64,000 nt of DNA from contig NC_134029.1 in assembly GCF_964204645.1 (NCBI RefSeq), positions 8,272,850-8,336,849 of the forward strand, in the 5' to 3' direction. This stretch comes from Tubulanus polymorphus (taxonomy: Eukaryota; Animalia; Nemertea). Numbering within the stretch: the stretch's first letter is position 1; every line of letters starts with the position of its first letter. Both the position numbers and the translations under genes were made by a program. The notes under the pieces are model-generated. The model was not told the DNA's origin. It was given only the letters and a program-made list of their open reading frames with translations, and searched no databases. Of this stretch, positions 11,059-24,132 are shown in pieces.

Positions 11059-12381
11059 ACTGATATCCAGTACACACAGTAGACATTCAGGAGCTTCATT
11101 ATGTGAAATACTATTTAAAGACAGTTGAAGACAATGGACGAAATGGGCATTGGAATGCTTAATCGCATCCCAAGCAAAGACGAGTCATAGGATAGAATAT
11201 GGATAATCGAATATGGATGTTTGTCACTAAAACTTATATAAACAGTGTTATAATTCTGTAAATGATATTTGATTGTGAAATATGTGGTGACGGATCTTGA
11301 ATGGCACTTAGGTTTGGATGTAAGGCAGATGTGGAAGTTCACCTTAAGTTATATCATGGGCGTATAGGTTATACCTTCGTGGTTATATCTACACCAACCG
11401 AGAAGAGAATCCAAGATTGATTGTTAATCTTGGGTTTATGAAAGTACTGCCTTTCTGATATCATGCCTGTGAACCAATTGGATATTATGGATATTGTACC
11501 CGGTATTCCGGGGTATCCTCAATGTTTTTCACGGGTATCCTTCTAAATTCAGAAGAAATGGCTAATTTGCAGTTGAAGGACCTTTTTCATATTAATACAT
11601 GTATGTCTTGTTCCAAATTTTTCATCTGCTTCATTTCGGCCCCTGAATACCCCGAAACTATCTAAATCACCTCAAGATTGCTTATGAAGATTTTGTTTAA
11701 GACAATACATAGCTTTAATGATAAAAATGCTTTCCAAGTCAAGATTGCCTCACAATCTGGTAGAAGTTGTAGATGCACCTGAACAATCATGTTGTTATTG
11801 AATTTTGTAAAATGTATTTCCCATAATACGCTATTGGGAGAAAGGACTGCAAGTGTTTGTATACACACATGTACTGTGATTGAATTATGTCTTAAAAGTC
11901 AGATGCAATTTGTCTGTGATTATTATTGTCAGGCCCACTGCACACATGATGAATTTGTTAGAAATGGGAACAACAGAAGCGGATCCAGTCTCAGTTTCTG
12001 TCCAATATCGCAGCACTACAGAGGAGTGTAGCGGTGCTCCCCTAGATAATTGATGCAATCTGAGTATTTGTGGAGACAACATCAAATTCAATTGTCCATG
12101 CATCCAAAAAATAAGGAGATTAGATGATAATTGGGCCTCGTTCATTCATGGCTAGCGCTCAAGCGGTCATATTGGTAGGCTTGATCCGCCTCTGAAACAT
12201 CATTGAACAATTGCATAATACAGTACGGTCTTCCAACCAGAATAAAGATTTTCAAAAATGTACAACTGCTCGACATGACAGAATTGTATTCAGGGCGCAG
12301 GTTCATCAGCTTTTCTAAAACCCACCTGCCCCACTGAATAGCATCCTTGGATTTCCATTCATGAAATTGTCCCACCTCATA

Positions 12382-12690
12382 AGCTGTGATCATACAAGCG
12401 TTTTTTGCCCATGCCAGATTAGGCCCCCGGGCCAACTATTTACAAAATAGTGCTAAATAGGTCCGCACCTGTTTGACACTGGCCAGATTTGGTTCGACCG
12501 AACACTTCGGGCCAAGCCTATATCATATTTTGGGTCCAAATTATTCAGTATGAATGTTTACTGATACTGGAACCTTGCTTGTCACAGCATCGTTTTGATA
12601 GCCTTGTTGTAATAAGTGAGTGAATTTTTATTTGACTCAGGTCTGGCCCAAGCCGGTTTGACCCGGGCCCGAATCATCTCTGTCTGAGGT
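12382..12690 (+). mobile_element. MITE family A, diverged copy
   Basis: agctgtgatca..gcgttttttgcc start, family motifs. Confidence 0.6.
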
Positions 12691-13119
12691 TGATTCTCCT
12701 TTTACCCTTCAATGTACTTCATACAACAATGTTTACCACATGAAATATCGTGCAAATTCATGAAAAGTGTGCTGTGGGCTAATACAAGGCCTTTGTCAGA
12801 TGGCAGAATGGTTTTATCTTCTCGAAGGACTGGAGACTTAGGAGATTTCAAAACTTTGTGTATCATGACATCTGGGATTGGTCGGAAATTATGTACATAC
12901 AAATCCAATACTCTTCCTCAAAAAGATAAACGTGTAAACTTTCAGTGTAAGATATTATTCTATTCATACATATCTATCAGGCTATATTATGATGTTATAA
13001 ATATTGTAAATACGTATAATGTGTTATACGGTAAAAATGTCCCTGGAAAAAATGTCCCAGAAAATATGTCCTTGGAAAATATGTCACCAGAAAAAATGTC
13101 CCAGTCTATAATTGCTAAC

Positions 13120-13416
13120 AAACTTGGTAATAAGATAAAATCCCACTATTTACAGATTAAAAGAATTTAAAAACAAGAATTTATTTATTAAATCTAAAAT
13201 ATTTAAAAGACACGACGTTTCGATCTCACCCTAGAGATCATCATCAGGTGTGACGATGATCTCTAGGGTGAGATCGAAACGTCGTGTCTTTTAAATATTT
13301 TAGATTTAATAAATAAATTCTTGTTTTTAAATTCTTTTAATCTGTAAATAGTGGGATTTTATCTTATTATCCGTTCACCACGTTTGAGTGTGGTCATCGT
13401 TCTAAACTTGGTAATA
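13120..13416. mobile_element. Penelope-like element terminal fragment in inverted (palindromic) configuration
   Basis: near-perfect palindrome 13128-13369; direct repeat AAACTTGGTAATA at 13120-13132 and 13404-13416 (TSD); hammerhead core at the centre. Confidence 0.8.
13210..13251 (-). ncRNA. minimal type-I hammerhead ribozyme motif
   Basis: minus strand reads ACAC-CUGAUGA-U-GAUCUC-uagggu-GAGAUC-GAAACGUC-GUGU: complete core, 6-bp stem II, palindromic AC/GU stem III, 4-bp stem I. Confidence 0.75.
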
Positions 13417-15794
13417 CATTTTAATTACAATTTTAATGTTTCATAACAAATAAGGGCTCTACTTTGATTTTATCATTTGTATTATAAATTTGAAATCTTC
13501 TTAAATTTGATGTATCATGTTTGAGTTCACATGTTCTTTCATATGTTCTCAAGGCAAAATTGATAAATGCCGAAATTGTAGGCCTGTAATTCTCATGGTC
13601 ACTCAATGAATTCTTTTTGTATGGTTAGTGTGCAATTTACACACTTACCAAGTTTGTTCTCTGGTGTTATTTCGATGGGAAATTTACTCAATTAGTAATG
13701 ATAGACTGGGACATTTTTTTCTACATTATGGGACATTTTTTCTGGGGACATTATTTCACGGCACATTTTTACCTACATTCTTGTTATACATATAGGTAGA
13801 TCTTTAATCCCAATCATGTACAATATATAATATATGCGGGACCTTCTTACAAGGAACTTCGGCCTGAAATCTTTCAAGGTTGAAGTGTTAGTAGTGTTGT
13901 ATATCTAATAGGATTTGAAATTCACGATAATACGATCAATGTATTTGGCCTGTCATTCCAACAAAGCTCTTTTGTAGATATGCCCATTCGGCCGTGCTTT
14001 ACTTGCTTAAGTTTTGTGTATCTCAACGTTTGGTTGTTTTATTATTGTTTCAGCACCAGTAGGTCCCGAAGTATTTCAAACAGTCAAAGTACTATTTTGC
14101 TCATTGGGATATTGCTCTTCTGAGGAATTTTTTTAAAACTTTTAAATGGGAAAATTTTTGATTGCACTTGGAAAACTCATTGGTATAGGATACAGACATG
14201 AGTGCTGATGTGCTAACCCAGCCATTTTATAAGTCCTCTACTTGAGAACCGAAAATTGTTATCGGTGTCATGAGTTAAACAAGTTGAAAAGCAGATAAAA
14301 CTGACGTTTTTATGCCCCTAATTATATTGTTACATATGGGCAATTTGCTTCCCTGCTGTACTAACCAGAGAGAATTGTGGTCACACTCCACTGGAATATT
14401 GTATACTTACAACAATTTAGATAGCTTGGTTCCGGGTTGCAAGTGCGCCATTCACTCGCTACTATAGGCCCATGATCAAGCTTTATATTGTTTGAATTAC
14501 AAACAAAGTTCCCAACTGAAAGCCAGATTTGTAAATATTTTTACATCGATATCGCGGACCATGGAAGTTCCATTTTTGCATGTCGTCTTTTCTTCAATCG
14601 ATCCTATTTCTGTATTCTATCCAATCTTAATACGATAATACAATTAACTCTAATTACATTTGTTTCTACAGCACTAGTCAGTCAAATCAAAGTTCATTTC
14701 AGAGAAATAACTCAAAAGGAAGATCAGGGGAACATGTTGGTTATTCAATCGATCATTGTTTCTAGGTGATTAAAGGTCCCATGTATGTGTATGGAGAATG
14801 TGTTTGCAAGGATTGTAATTAATGTTGTCAAACTGGCTGGCATGTGACTCCCTGGAAGACAGTAGTCATTAGGTGTTGGTCGCAATCCTATTCATTTCTA
14901 TTTGATGGAAATATTGTTTAGGGATACGTTTTTGTAACCATCATAATTATCTCAACTGTTTGTTTAGCTAGCTAATTTGATTTTCAGATTCATCGAATAT
15001 GTCATTACTTTTAGTCAAAGAATAACAAAATTGATTCTAGTGAGACAAACATTATTTAGCATACATTTTTATAACCACCATAAATCAGCTCAACTATTTG
15101 GTTAAGAATAACAAAATTAATTCTAGTGAGGCAAACAGTTTTAAGCATATATTTGAAAACTGTTTTTGTCTCCTTTTTGGGGATCAAATCGCTATTTGCA
15201 TTGACATTTGAGAAATTACAGTCCATCAACATATCCTGATTGTTTTTGTTAATTTGCTCGTACCGTGTAGCTTCATGTTCATTTATTTAGGTGGTAGAAA
15301 GCCAGAATATCTCTCATACGCTAAAAATATGAAATAAGTTCAAAATTAGCAAGATTTATATGAATAATTGAAGCGACTGTTTTAATGGCTCGGTATATGA
15401 TGATGATGATCGTAGTTCTTTTGATACTGTGCTACCCTAATATTCTGTTGTTCCGTTATATGCTTGTAGATATTTATATAATATATTCGGGTGTTTAAGT
15501 TTTTGTTAAGTTTTGAAAACATGTATACGCGATTAAAACAATTAAATGATAACGTTAATGATAATGATGATAACAGTAATGATGATGATGATGATATACT
15601 ACATGTGAGTAGTGTTATATAGTGTATACACACCTCTGCTGTTTTTTACTCTATTTTGACAATAAAATAGATCAGTGAAAAAAATGTGAAAAAGTATTTC
15701 GTTATTGTTATGATTCAAGCTCAGTTCAAAACGCTACAGAACCCGGTTTCGATCGATGGTTGACAGAAAAAAAGGCCAAGGACAGATTCAACTA

Positions 15795-15963
15795 CAGTGG
15801 ACTCCCGATATACCGCCCACATCGGTGCAGAACAATTTTGGCGGTATAGAGAGTATGGCGGTATATCGGAGGTGTTTTACTATACATTTGTATTGAGATG
15901 TACAATGAGAAAACTTGGCAGGGGTGGCGGTATGTGGGAGGGCGGTATAACGGGGGTTCACTA
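15795..15963. mobile_element. Tc1/pogo-type MITE, TA TSD
   Basis: TA-CAGTGGACTCCCGATATACCGCC ... GGCGGTATAACGGGGGTTCACTA-TA; second copy at 39334-39489. Confidence 0.8.
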
Positions 15964-17960
15964 TACCACAAAATCAAATGCATCTTTCGACATGTCAATT
16001 TTTTAGATTATTAGATCAATTTCAGAATTAGTACAGGGAAATAGTTTGCTGAATTTATAAAAGCTAGTATATAGCCACTCTGACGTGGAGAATATAATAA
16101 AACACACTACATACAAAGTTGAACATCAAATCTTAGTGCATGTTCGAAACATTGTATCTTTTGATATTGTAATTTTTGATAAAAAGAATTCGCTCTAACA
16201 TCTTGTATATATTGGCTTTTAAACTTCTTATAAAGGGAAGAGGGGCGTGCTCTTCCACTAAAATAAATCGGTATAAATTTCCATCAAATATTTTACTCGT
16301 CAAATTTAACCTACAACTTGTGGGATGTCTAGATATGTCCCTGGTGATAAATGAGCATATGACTTGGCAAGTTTGACGTGGTATAGGGTGTAAGAGAAAT
16401 CATCTAAAGAATTGAAAACTGATTTTACTTCTCTATTCGGCAATTGTCTTACAGTTTACTCTAGACCAAAATATGCCCTGATACAGATATTCAAAAGTTC
16501 TAAAAAAAATGACGTTTGCAGAATTTTACAGAATATGGCTCTTGAGTGACATGAGCAATAGGCCGGATCCACCGTGGGGATCATTCATTAATTACGTATG
16601 CATAAAATTTGAATATTTCAACCCCCTCCCCTTACGCAAAATCTACTCATTTCTGCTCATGGTTTTTTAAAGCATTGAATTATTTGGCAAAATCTACTCA
16701 GTTCTGCTTATGGTTTGTGAATGATTTGACAATAGGCTCGTCAGGCATTATTCTAATTGTCTGTTTTAATTTGTTTTTATAGCCTCGTACGCGCTGAAAT
16801 GTATACGGAGCGCGGTATATAAGAAATAGATATTAACTATCTATATTTCCCACTAATTTTGACGGAATTCTAACGGTCGTTTCTCATAAAAAAGTCACCA
16901 ATTTAAGAGCGATTTCATTACACGCATAATGCATGATATCTCATCCGATGATAAAGGGCCAACAGTTCCAGATCCATCTGTAGAAAGTATTGAAAATGGG
17001 GCTGGGATATCTTGGAAACATTCAGACCTATTTGGTGCATTCTGATGAATTTGGGCTTTAAAGTGCTCAGCCAATAAAACGTTACCCCCTCCCCCCTTTA
17101 GAATATTTATTTCACAAGTTTTTCCATCTGTTCCGACCTTTAACATGTTTTCTAAACAAGTTTTTTTAAACAAGTTTCTAAATGTGTCTAAATTTGGAAT
17201 GGTTTCGCATTTCCAGTAAGCAGACTACAATTTTAAGAAAAAAACATGGCGCATTGGGCACATTCTTTATTTTCTAGGCAGATGAAGGTTAAAAGACCTA
17301 TGTAGGCCTACAGGTAAAGGTGAGACCCAATTTTAGAGTGGAAAAAAAACTGTACACAAAAGTATCATCTAGCTGTGCATTGGACGGTAACGCCCTCGCG
17401 TAGACATAGCGGTACTAAAACTCATTAACGCGCGAATTTCAAATTGAATAGGCGCCTCGGGTTAAAGTTCGTAATAAAAGAAATTTACCTAATACATTCC
17501 GACACCATCGCCAATGAATTGGCCCTTCCAAGACGGGCCAATTTATACCCATTAAAAGTGCATTTTAACGCCTCCCAGACACACAATCATTCGATATAAT
17601 TGTCCGATGCGATTTCTGCTTGAGAGAAGAACTAAACATTCAAAAAGAGCACATAACGCTTTTGTTTCGGCGATTCTTACTGCTCAGTCTTCACGATGTT
17701 ACCAATTATATAGCTTAATAATTGATTGACCAGACCGATTAATCCGCCATATGAACGGTTTAATTCGCTACTTTCACTCCAAAAATCATATACGCCCCGA
17801 GTTAGATGAATAGCACACAATAACCACCTATAAGTCACTCATCGTTCGCTGATAGTGTGAGAGGCTAAGCCCCCCAATGTTTTTACATGTATTTAATGCC
17901 ATTCAATTTTCTCGTAATGACCAAGCAAAATATTGCACATCCATTTCGACCATGGTCAAA

Positions 17961-18179
17961 CAGTGGCTGACCTAGGATTTTCCATGGGGGGGGGGGCGTC
18001 CAATGAGAAAAAAAGGGCCACTTTTACGAAACACCACGTACTCCGAATACTATTATTCCGAAAATTATTATAGGTGGAAAACCTTGGTCCAAAAAATTTA
18101 GGGGTGACATTTTTAGGGCACTTAAAATTTGAGGGGGGGGGGGTCCGGACACCCTGACATCCCCTTAAATCCACCCCTG
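17961..18179. mobile_element. hAT-like MITE
   Basis: CAGTGGCTGACCTAGG ... AATCCACCCCTG termini, G-runs; no 8-bp TSD seen. Confidence 0.6.
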
Positions 18180-19219
18180 TTAATTCGAAAATCTTGGTGA
18201 AATGAACTTAAAATATTCCCACTGAATTGCGTATGACTTATGTAAAAGTTGTACCAGGCAACGAATTTATTTTGTAATTAATAAACCAGATTGCCCGAAT
18301 CAGGGATATGTATTTATGTTTATGCACCAAAATCCAAGTAATGCTATGGATAAATTAGTCAAAATGAATCATTATCTTCATAATTACTCAATATCTTATC
18401 GAATAAAAGGATCATGTCGAGAATTAGACCACCATGCAGTGCTGCCGCGCCTTTGTGTGGTGATAATACGAACCAAAGGTTTCAAATGATTTAGCAGAAC
18501 TGGACATTGTAACACCCAAGCACCAGTATCAAACACGTAACAAATGTATATTATGTTTGATAACAAAGATGTGAAATCCACATTATTGTTCGGAAGGAAT
18601 TGAAAAGCCTTTTAAGACACGATCCATTTTACATCTTCCTTAACAAATTGAAATTAATTCAGTGGTCAGTCTAGATGAAACCATAACCCCTATTTAAGGC
18701 GACAGCTTCAAAGGTGTGCTGCCAAGATAGATTTTCAAAAATAGGATGTGGTTGTTAGAATATTTCAGGAAAATCGAAACCGCAAATCGAGCCTGACAAA
18801 CTGGCAGGTTCGAACGTGTTTGTCGAAAGTTCCCGCTATTTTCATTTCCTTTCTCTCTCCCCTACAGACGCAGAGCAGATGGCCACACGCCTTGCGCTTT
18901 ATGTTTATTTTTTGCGTCTGTTCGAAGAAGTGGTTTAGCCCAGATTTTTCCTTGTTCTTTGTCAAGATATTTGGCGGGAAATACGAGTAGATCCGGTAGG
19001 TTTTGGCGCGCCAGGTCCCACCAAACATGCAGGACCGTTGCAATGTAATTCGGTAGATATAGGTGAAGACTGGGGTGGGCGACAAGTATTTTGATATCAT
19101 AGGGATTTGATAGCGCGGCTAGCCAGAGCGGACGATTTTTAAATCACGCAAAGATTTTTATTAACGCAGCTCTAAACACAACCACGTTGTTGGATCGATA
19201 TATAAACAACCCTGGATAG

Positions 19220-19460
19220 CGCGGGCCACGTGCTCGCCTCGTAAGCCCCGCCCAACGCGCGAGGTAATTGGCTCGCGCGTTTCTTCACGCGAAGGCCAAT
19301 GAATGACAGCTCGTCGAGGCGATCGACCAATCCGCGCTTCGGATTGCTTTGAAATTATTCGCGCGCTGACGTCATAACACGATGACGATGCCGCGACACC
19401 ATTGTGCGGCTATCATTTAAAGGATTCACGCCAGCGAGATGCCAGCAGTAGAGCTTTGAA
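19220..19460 (+). promoter_or_regulatory. probable mex3 core/proximal promoter
   Basis: CpG-rich; E-box CACGTG 19227-32, GC box GCCCCGCCC 19245-53, CCAAT boxes at 19267 (reverse), 19296 and 19327, TTTGAA 19348-53, CRE TGACGTCA 19367-74, TTTAAA 19416-21; ends about 100 nt before the ATG. Confidence 0.7.
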
Positions 19461-19564
19461 AGGGACGACGTGATACTATATTCTCAGTCTCTCCTACGGA
19501 TACTTATATTTTTCTACATCGTACATACGAAACTATCATCTCACACGAACACACATAGGCAAGG

Positions 19565-19859
19565 ATGCCAGCAAGTTTACTTACCGATATGAACTCGAAC
19601 GGAGGCGGCTTGGAGGACCAGCGGGCCTTACAGTTAGCGCTAGAGTTGACCATGCTCGGATTAGGAAACGACGATGTAGCCGTCGTGGTCGGCGGCGGCG
19701 GCGGTGGCGATTCCTCCGGTGGCGGTGGGTCAGGCTCTTATTCGCCGACGACCGTGCAGCAGAGCTTCGAGGAAATGAAAGCTCGCAAAAGCGCTAATAT
19801 GACCGAGTGTGTACCGGTGCCAAGCTCGGAACATGTCGCCGAAATAGTCGGCCGTCAAG
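19565..19859 (+). CDS. mex3: mex3 coding exon 1
   Basis: ATG at 19565, donor gtgagt at 19860. Confidence 0.95.
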
Positions 19860-22494
19860 GTGAGTTTTCTGTGTAATTTTGCACTAATTGGAATATGCTG
19901 TCTTAGTTAATTAGAGAGAAGATTTACCTTCGGTTATTTTTTTCATGCAACTGCGCACGTTACTTTTGTCTATCTGACTGTATAGTGCGTGAGTCATGCC
20001 TGGGACTGGTTTTGTTCATTCTCTACACAGTTCTCTTACGCACGTGGTGCTGATACTAGAGACTCGGAATAGAGCTTGCATCAGACTTCGGGAATTGTAA
20101 CAAATTGATCAAAAATATACATTGTAATAGATTTGCCTTCATTTTAAAATCGTTTTCATAGATATGATAAACTTCGGCGCATTTTGCAATTTTTTGCTCT
20201 AGAAAAGGCGAATTTAACGAATTTTGGATACATTGCTATCACATTCAAAAATTTTCTTTTCCACAGACACAGTTAGTAGGAACTATATTCCGGAAATAGT
20301 TCGAAAATCAAGATCATTGGGTTATTAGTTCCATCACTAGTTGACTAGATACGAAAACCGAATTAGGCCCTGAATGTCATTGTAGGCTATTCGAAAATTG
20401 TAGACCATTCGCGAAAATATAGTATATGATATGCTTATATATGTTGTAATCTATGCCATGTGCTTTTCATTTTTGGCACACCTAATAAGTGTAGATAGCC
20501 CATTGAACATTGAACCACCACAAAGCAAAAGCAGTAAAAAGGCTTGGCCTGCACTTCCCGGAACATAAATAGTTGACCCACTTCCTATTCTATTAATTTC
20601 AGAGTCTGACATTCTATTGTGTTAATTTATTCCTTGCTCCGTAGAAATTCAATGTGTTCGTCCTATACTTGGCATAATTCCATGCGGGATACTGTTTGGG
20701 TCTTGTCTCGGAAGTTTTCATTCTGTGATATCTGCTCAGATGGCGGAAATTGCAAATACCTCCTTTTACACAGATATATAACACCATCAGTGTTCTTCAC
20801 GATGACTGACCCACTTCTGGAAAATTGGCGGCAAACTACTGTCTGAAGGGGGTCTGCATGTTGCCTCTATACCTGTGTTAACTTGGTACATTGTCTAGTC
20901 AAAAGAGGTCACCATACCTTTGGCAGTCGAAGAACTTCGGTCGGTTCACTTCCCTTTGTCTGAATACCTAGCCGTATAAGCATTCTTGGATTAGTTGGAA
21001 AACTCTTTTCGTAAGAATGGTTGTAGTCGGTATCTTTTGGATTAATTTCCGGCCGCTCGATAACGAGCTACCCACGATCTTTAAAAACCCATCCCTAATA
21101 GGCTTTCTGCGGTGCGCGCTAGACCACCTGAATTATATTGTATTGCTCGTAGGCGATAAGTACAAATTTGAAAGTGTTGGAATTAACTATTCTTGGAAAC
21201 AGGGAAACGATTTGTTGACCACATCTAGGAACTGCGCTCGCGATGACAATTTAATGATTGTGTTTTGTTTGTTTCAGGTTGCAAAATCAAGGCCCTCCGC
21301 GCAAAAACGAACACGTACATCAAAACGCCAGTACGCGGAGAGGAGCCGGTGTTCGTCGTCACCGGACGCAAAGAGGACGTGTGCGCGGCGAAACGGGAAA
21401 TCCTATCAGCAGCTGATCACTTCAGTCAGATCCGAGCGAGTCGACGAAATAACGCGAACGGATTAGTTCCCGGACCGCCTAATCCGAATGCGCCAGGACA
21501 AGTTACGATCCAGGTGCGTGTGCCATACCGCGTCGTCGGACTAGTCGTCGGCCCGAAAGGCGCCACGATCAAACGCATACAGCAACAAACGCATACGTAC
21601 ATAGTGACTCCGAGTCGCGATAAAGAGCCGATATTCGAAGTCACCGGACTGCCCGAAAACGTTGAGAAGTCGCGGCTGCAAATCGAGAGCCACATCGCAA
21701 TGCGCACAGGCGGAATTATGGATACGAAAGGCGAAGACTTCAACGACTTCCACTCGAACGGCATCGATTCGGGATTTCACGACTTCAGCGGCGACTTCAA
21801 CGGCGGCATTTTCAAAGCTCATCATTCTTCCAATTCGGCATTTTCTTCGTACAACGCTTTGAACGTGCTGAACAGCAATAACCTGTTAAACCAACACCAC
21901 AACCAGGATAACAACATTTTCTCGTTCCCGTCAATGAACGGCGGCGGCGCCAAAATCACCGATTATTCAAGCATTTCTACCAATGGCTTCACTAATGGCT
22001 TCAGCATTTACGACAGCGACGAAGGTTTTGCGTCGCCGACGTTCGCGCAGACGACACTCGGGTCGTCATCCGTCTGGACGGACGCGACGATGGACAATAC
22101 GAACGCGGCTATTTTCAACACGACGAACGGCATGCAACAGCGTAGCAGCAGTCTCGGCGAGACGCATTCGTGTATCACTCCGCCGCTGGCCGAAACGACG
22201 AATCACCCGACCATCCGGCGTATAAGCAGCGACCCGCTCAATGGCGGCGTGTCGGCGTACACAGCGATACCGAACTGCACGTATATTCCTACCTCGGCGT
22301 GTTCGAGTCTCGGCGGTAGCGTGTCGACGAGCCCGACCAGTTCGACGAGCTCGAACGGCTACGGCTGCGCGATGTGCTCGGATCCGACGGCGTCGATGTT
22401 CATGCCGTGTCACGTGCATCGTTTGTGCGTCGAGTGCGCGAATCTGATGGTCAAGAAACCGGAAAGCGATCGCCGATGTCCGAGGTGCAACTAA
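19565..22494 (+). CDS. mex3: RNA-binding protein MEX3 (2 KH + C-terminal RING-like), join(19565..19859,21278..22494), about 503 aa
   Basis: [11 protein letters not shown] (NES-like), [22 protein letters not shown]|[29 protein letters not shown] (KH1), [37 protein letters not shown] (KH2); phase-1 intron G|gtgagt...tttcag|GT within KH1. Confidence 0.97.
21278..22494 (+). CDS. mex3: mex3 coding exon 2
   Basis: acceptor gtttcag ending 21277, open to TAA at 22492-22494. Confidence 0.97.
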
Positions 22495-23483
22495 CGCGAA
22501 AGTATAAATATATATATATATATATATATAAGTACGAAAACTAGACAATTCAGACAGAAAGACCGCACAGCGTTTATTTGGACTTTTACATAAAACTTTT
22601 CTTATTACTCAGGCGTGCATATATTTATTTTCTTAATCGAAGTTCTACTACGATATATATTGCGATACTCATGAATTTCGTCGCACGGAGCACCGTACCA
22701 CGTCGAAACTCACATAGCGCAAAGAAAGTACTTCTTGTGTGACGATGCTCGGATCTTGTTTGGATATAGTTCGGATTGCGCGGGGACGGTTCCTGCGATT
22801 GCGAAAGTTAGCGAACGCGTTCGTGCTCGAGTTTCACCTTGGGAGATTCCATATGCGTCGGGTGAGCTAGTGACATTGTAAGTTGTGCAAAGTAAGAAGT
22901 TTCTCTCATATTTTAGATATTCCATGATTTAGAAAAAAAGAAGTATGTTTCGCACTCAGTTGCATGGAATGGTATAGTCACAGCGTATTTATATATACAG
23001 AGTATGTATGTATAATTAGATTCAATATTGAGATTAAAAAAAAACTTAAAACTAAATCGAAGTGCATCCTCCTAAAGTGTATATGTAATATGTGTAAAGA
23101 TTTTAACGTTTTAAATTTTGAATATGAACAAAAAATTTATTCAAGTTATCTAAACTTTAAAGTATTATATCTTTAAATACATGCAGAGTATTTTATTCTT
23201 TGTATTTATCTCTTTTCATACCACAAAAAAAAGATGTTACATTTTCATATAAACGATTTAATTTAATTATCATAATTACCGGTACACCCGATTTATCGCT
23301 CGCGTAAGAACGAGTATGATTATAAATGCGAATATCTCAAAAGCGCACGTTTTTTACCGGTTCTAGCCCGTAATACCGCTTCATTGCCAGAACTGTCAAA
23401 TACCGTCAAATATAGTCGGTAGGTAGTGCACCATTAGTTATTGTAGATATCATCTCACGAGATCTGTATTTTGAATGTCGAGC

Positions 23484-23537
<54 letters not shown>

Positions 23538-24076
23538 CCCCTTAGCGTTATATGTATATATACATTTGCCCCTTAGCGTCGTTCCTTAAGATCGTTACTG
23601 CGCGTGCGTTCAGAATCTGATAGTTGAAGAATCGATTAGAATCTTAGTACGGAGTAGGAATTATTGAGATTTGCGAGATTTGTTTTATTGAAGGTTTTGC
23701 ACTGTGCAGTTTTAATTAAAGTTGAGGAAAGTTTTATAGACCGAAGTGTGGTTTGCTGAAAGCAAGTTTAAAAAAAACTTCTTTTTTTTTAGTAGTCTCT
23801 CGAAATGGAGGTTTTAAATCTTTTTAAGGAAGAAAAAAAACAGCGAACAACTACGACAGTCGTTGATGTGATGAACGAATCAAATGATAGAATTAACATT
23901 AAATATTATTATGCACTTATGATCACCTATTGCGTGAATTTCCAGTGATAGTCAGGATTGTTTTTAGGTCCCTCGAAGAATATATATATATATATATCGG
24001 CGCCTTAAAATTCTTTATTCCGAAGATTGATAGTATCGATTACATTATAGTTTGTTTGCATATAAATCAATAACGG

Positions 24077-24132
<56 letters not shown>

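Larger units (their letters stand above)
13028..13780. mobile_element. foldback MITE with subterminal AAAATGTCC repeats (host of the Penelope-type insert)
   Basis: left arm ggtaaaaatgtccc..aaaaaatgtcccagtctat mirrors right arm atagactgggacattttt..catttttacc. Confidence 0.7.

Noticed and set aside
13030-13110. Short regularly spaced repeats that might suggest a CRISPR array
   Set aside because: Eukaryotic context, no unique spacers, no cas genes
12712-13170. 152-aa ORF with NVP/NMS repeats
   Set aside because: The repeats are subterminal AAAATGTCC units of a MITE; no coding signature
21017-22548. Overlapping and antisense ORFs across mex3 exon 2
   Set aside because: Shadow frames of a GC-rich coding exon
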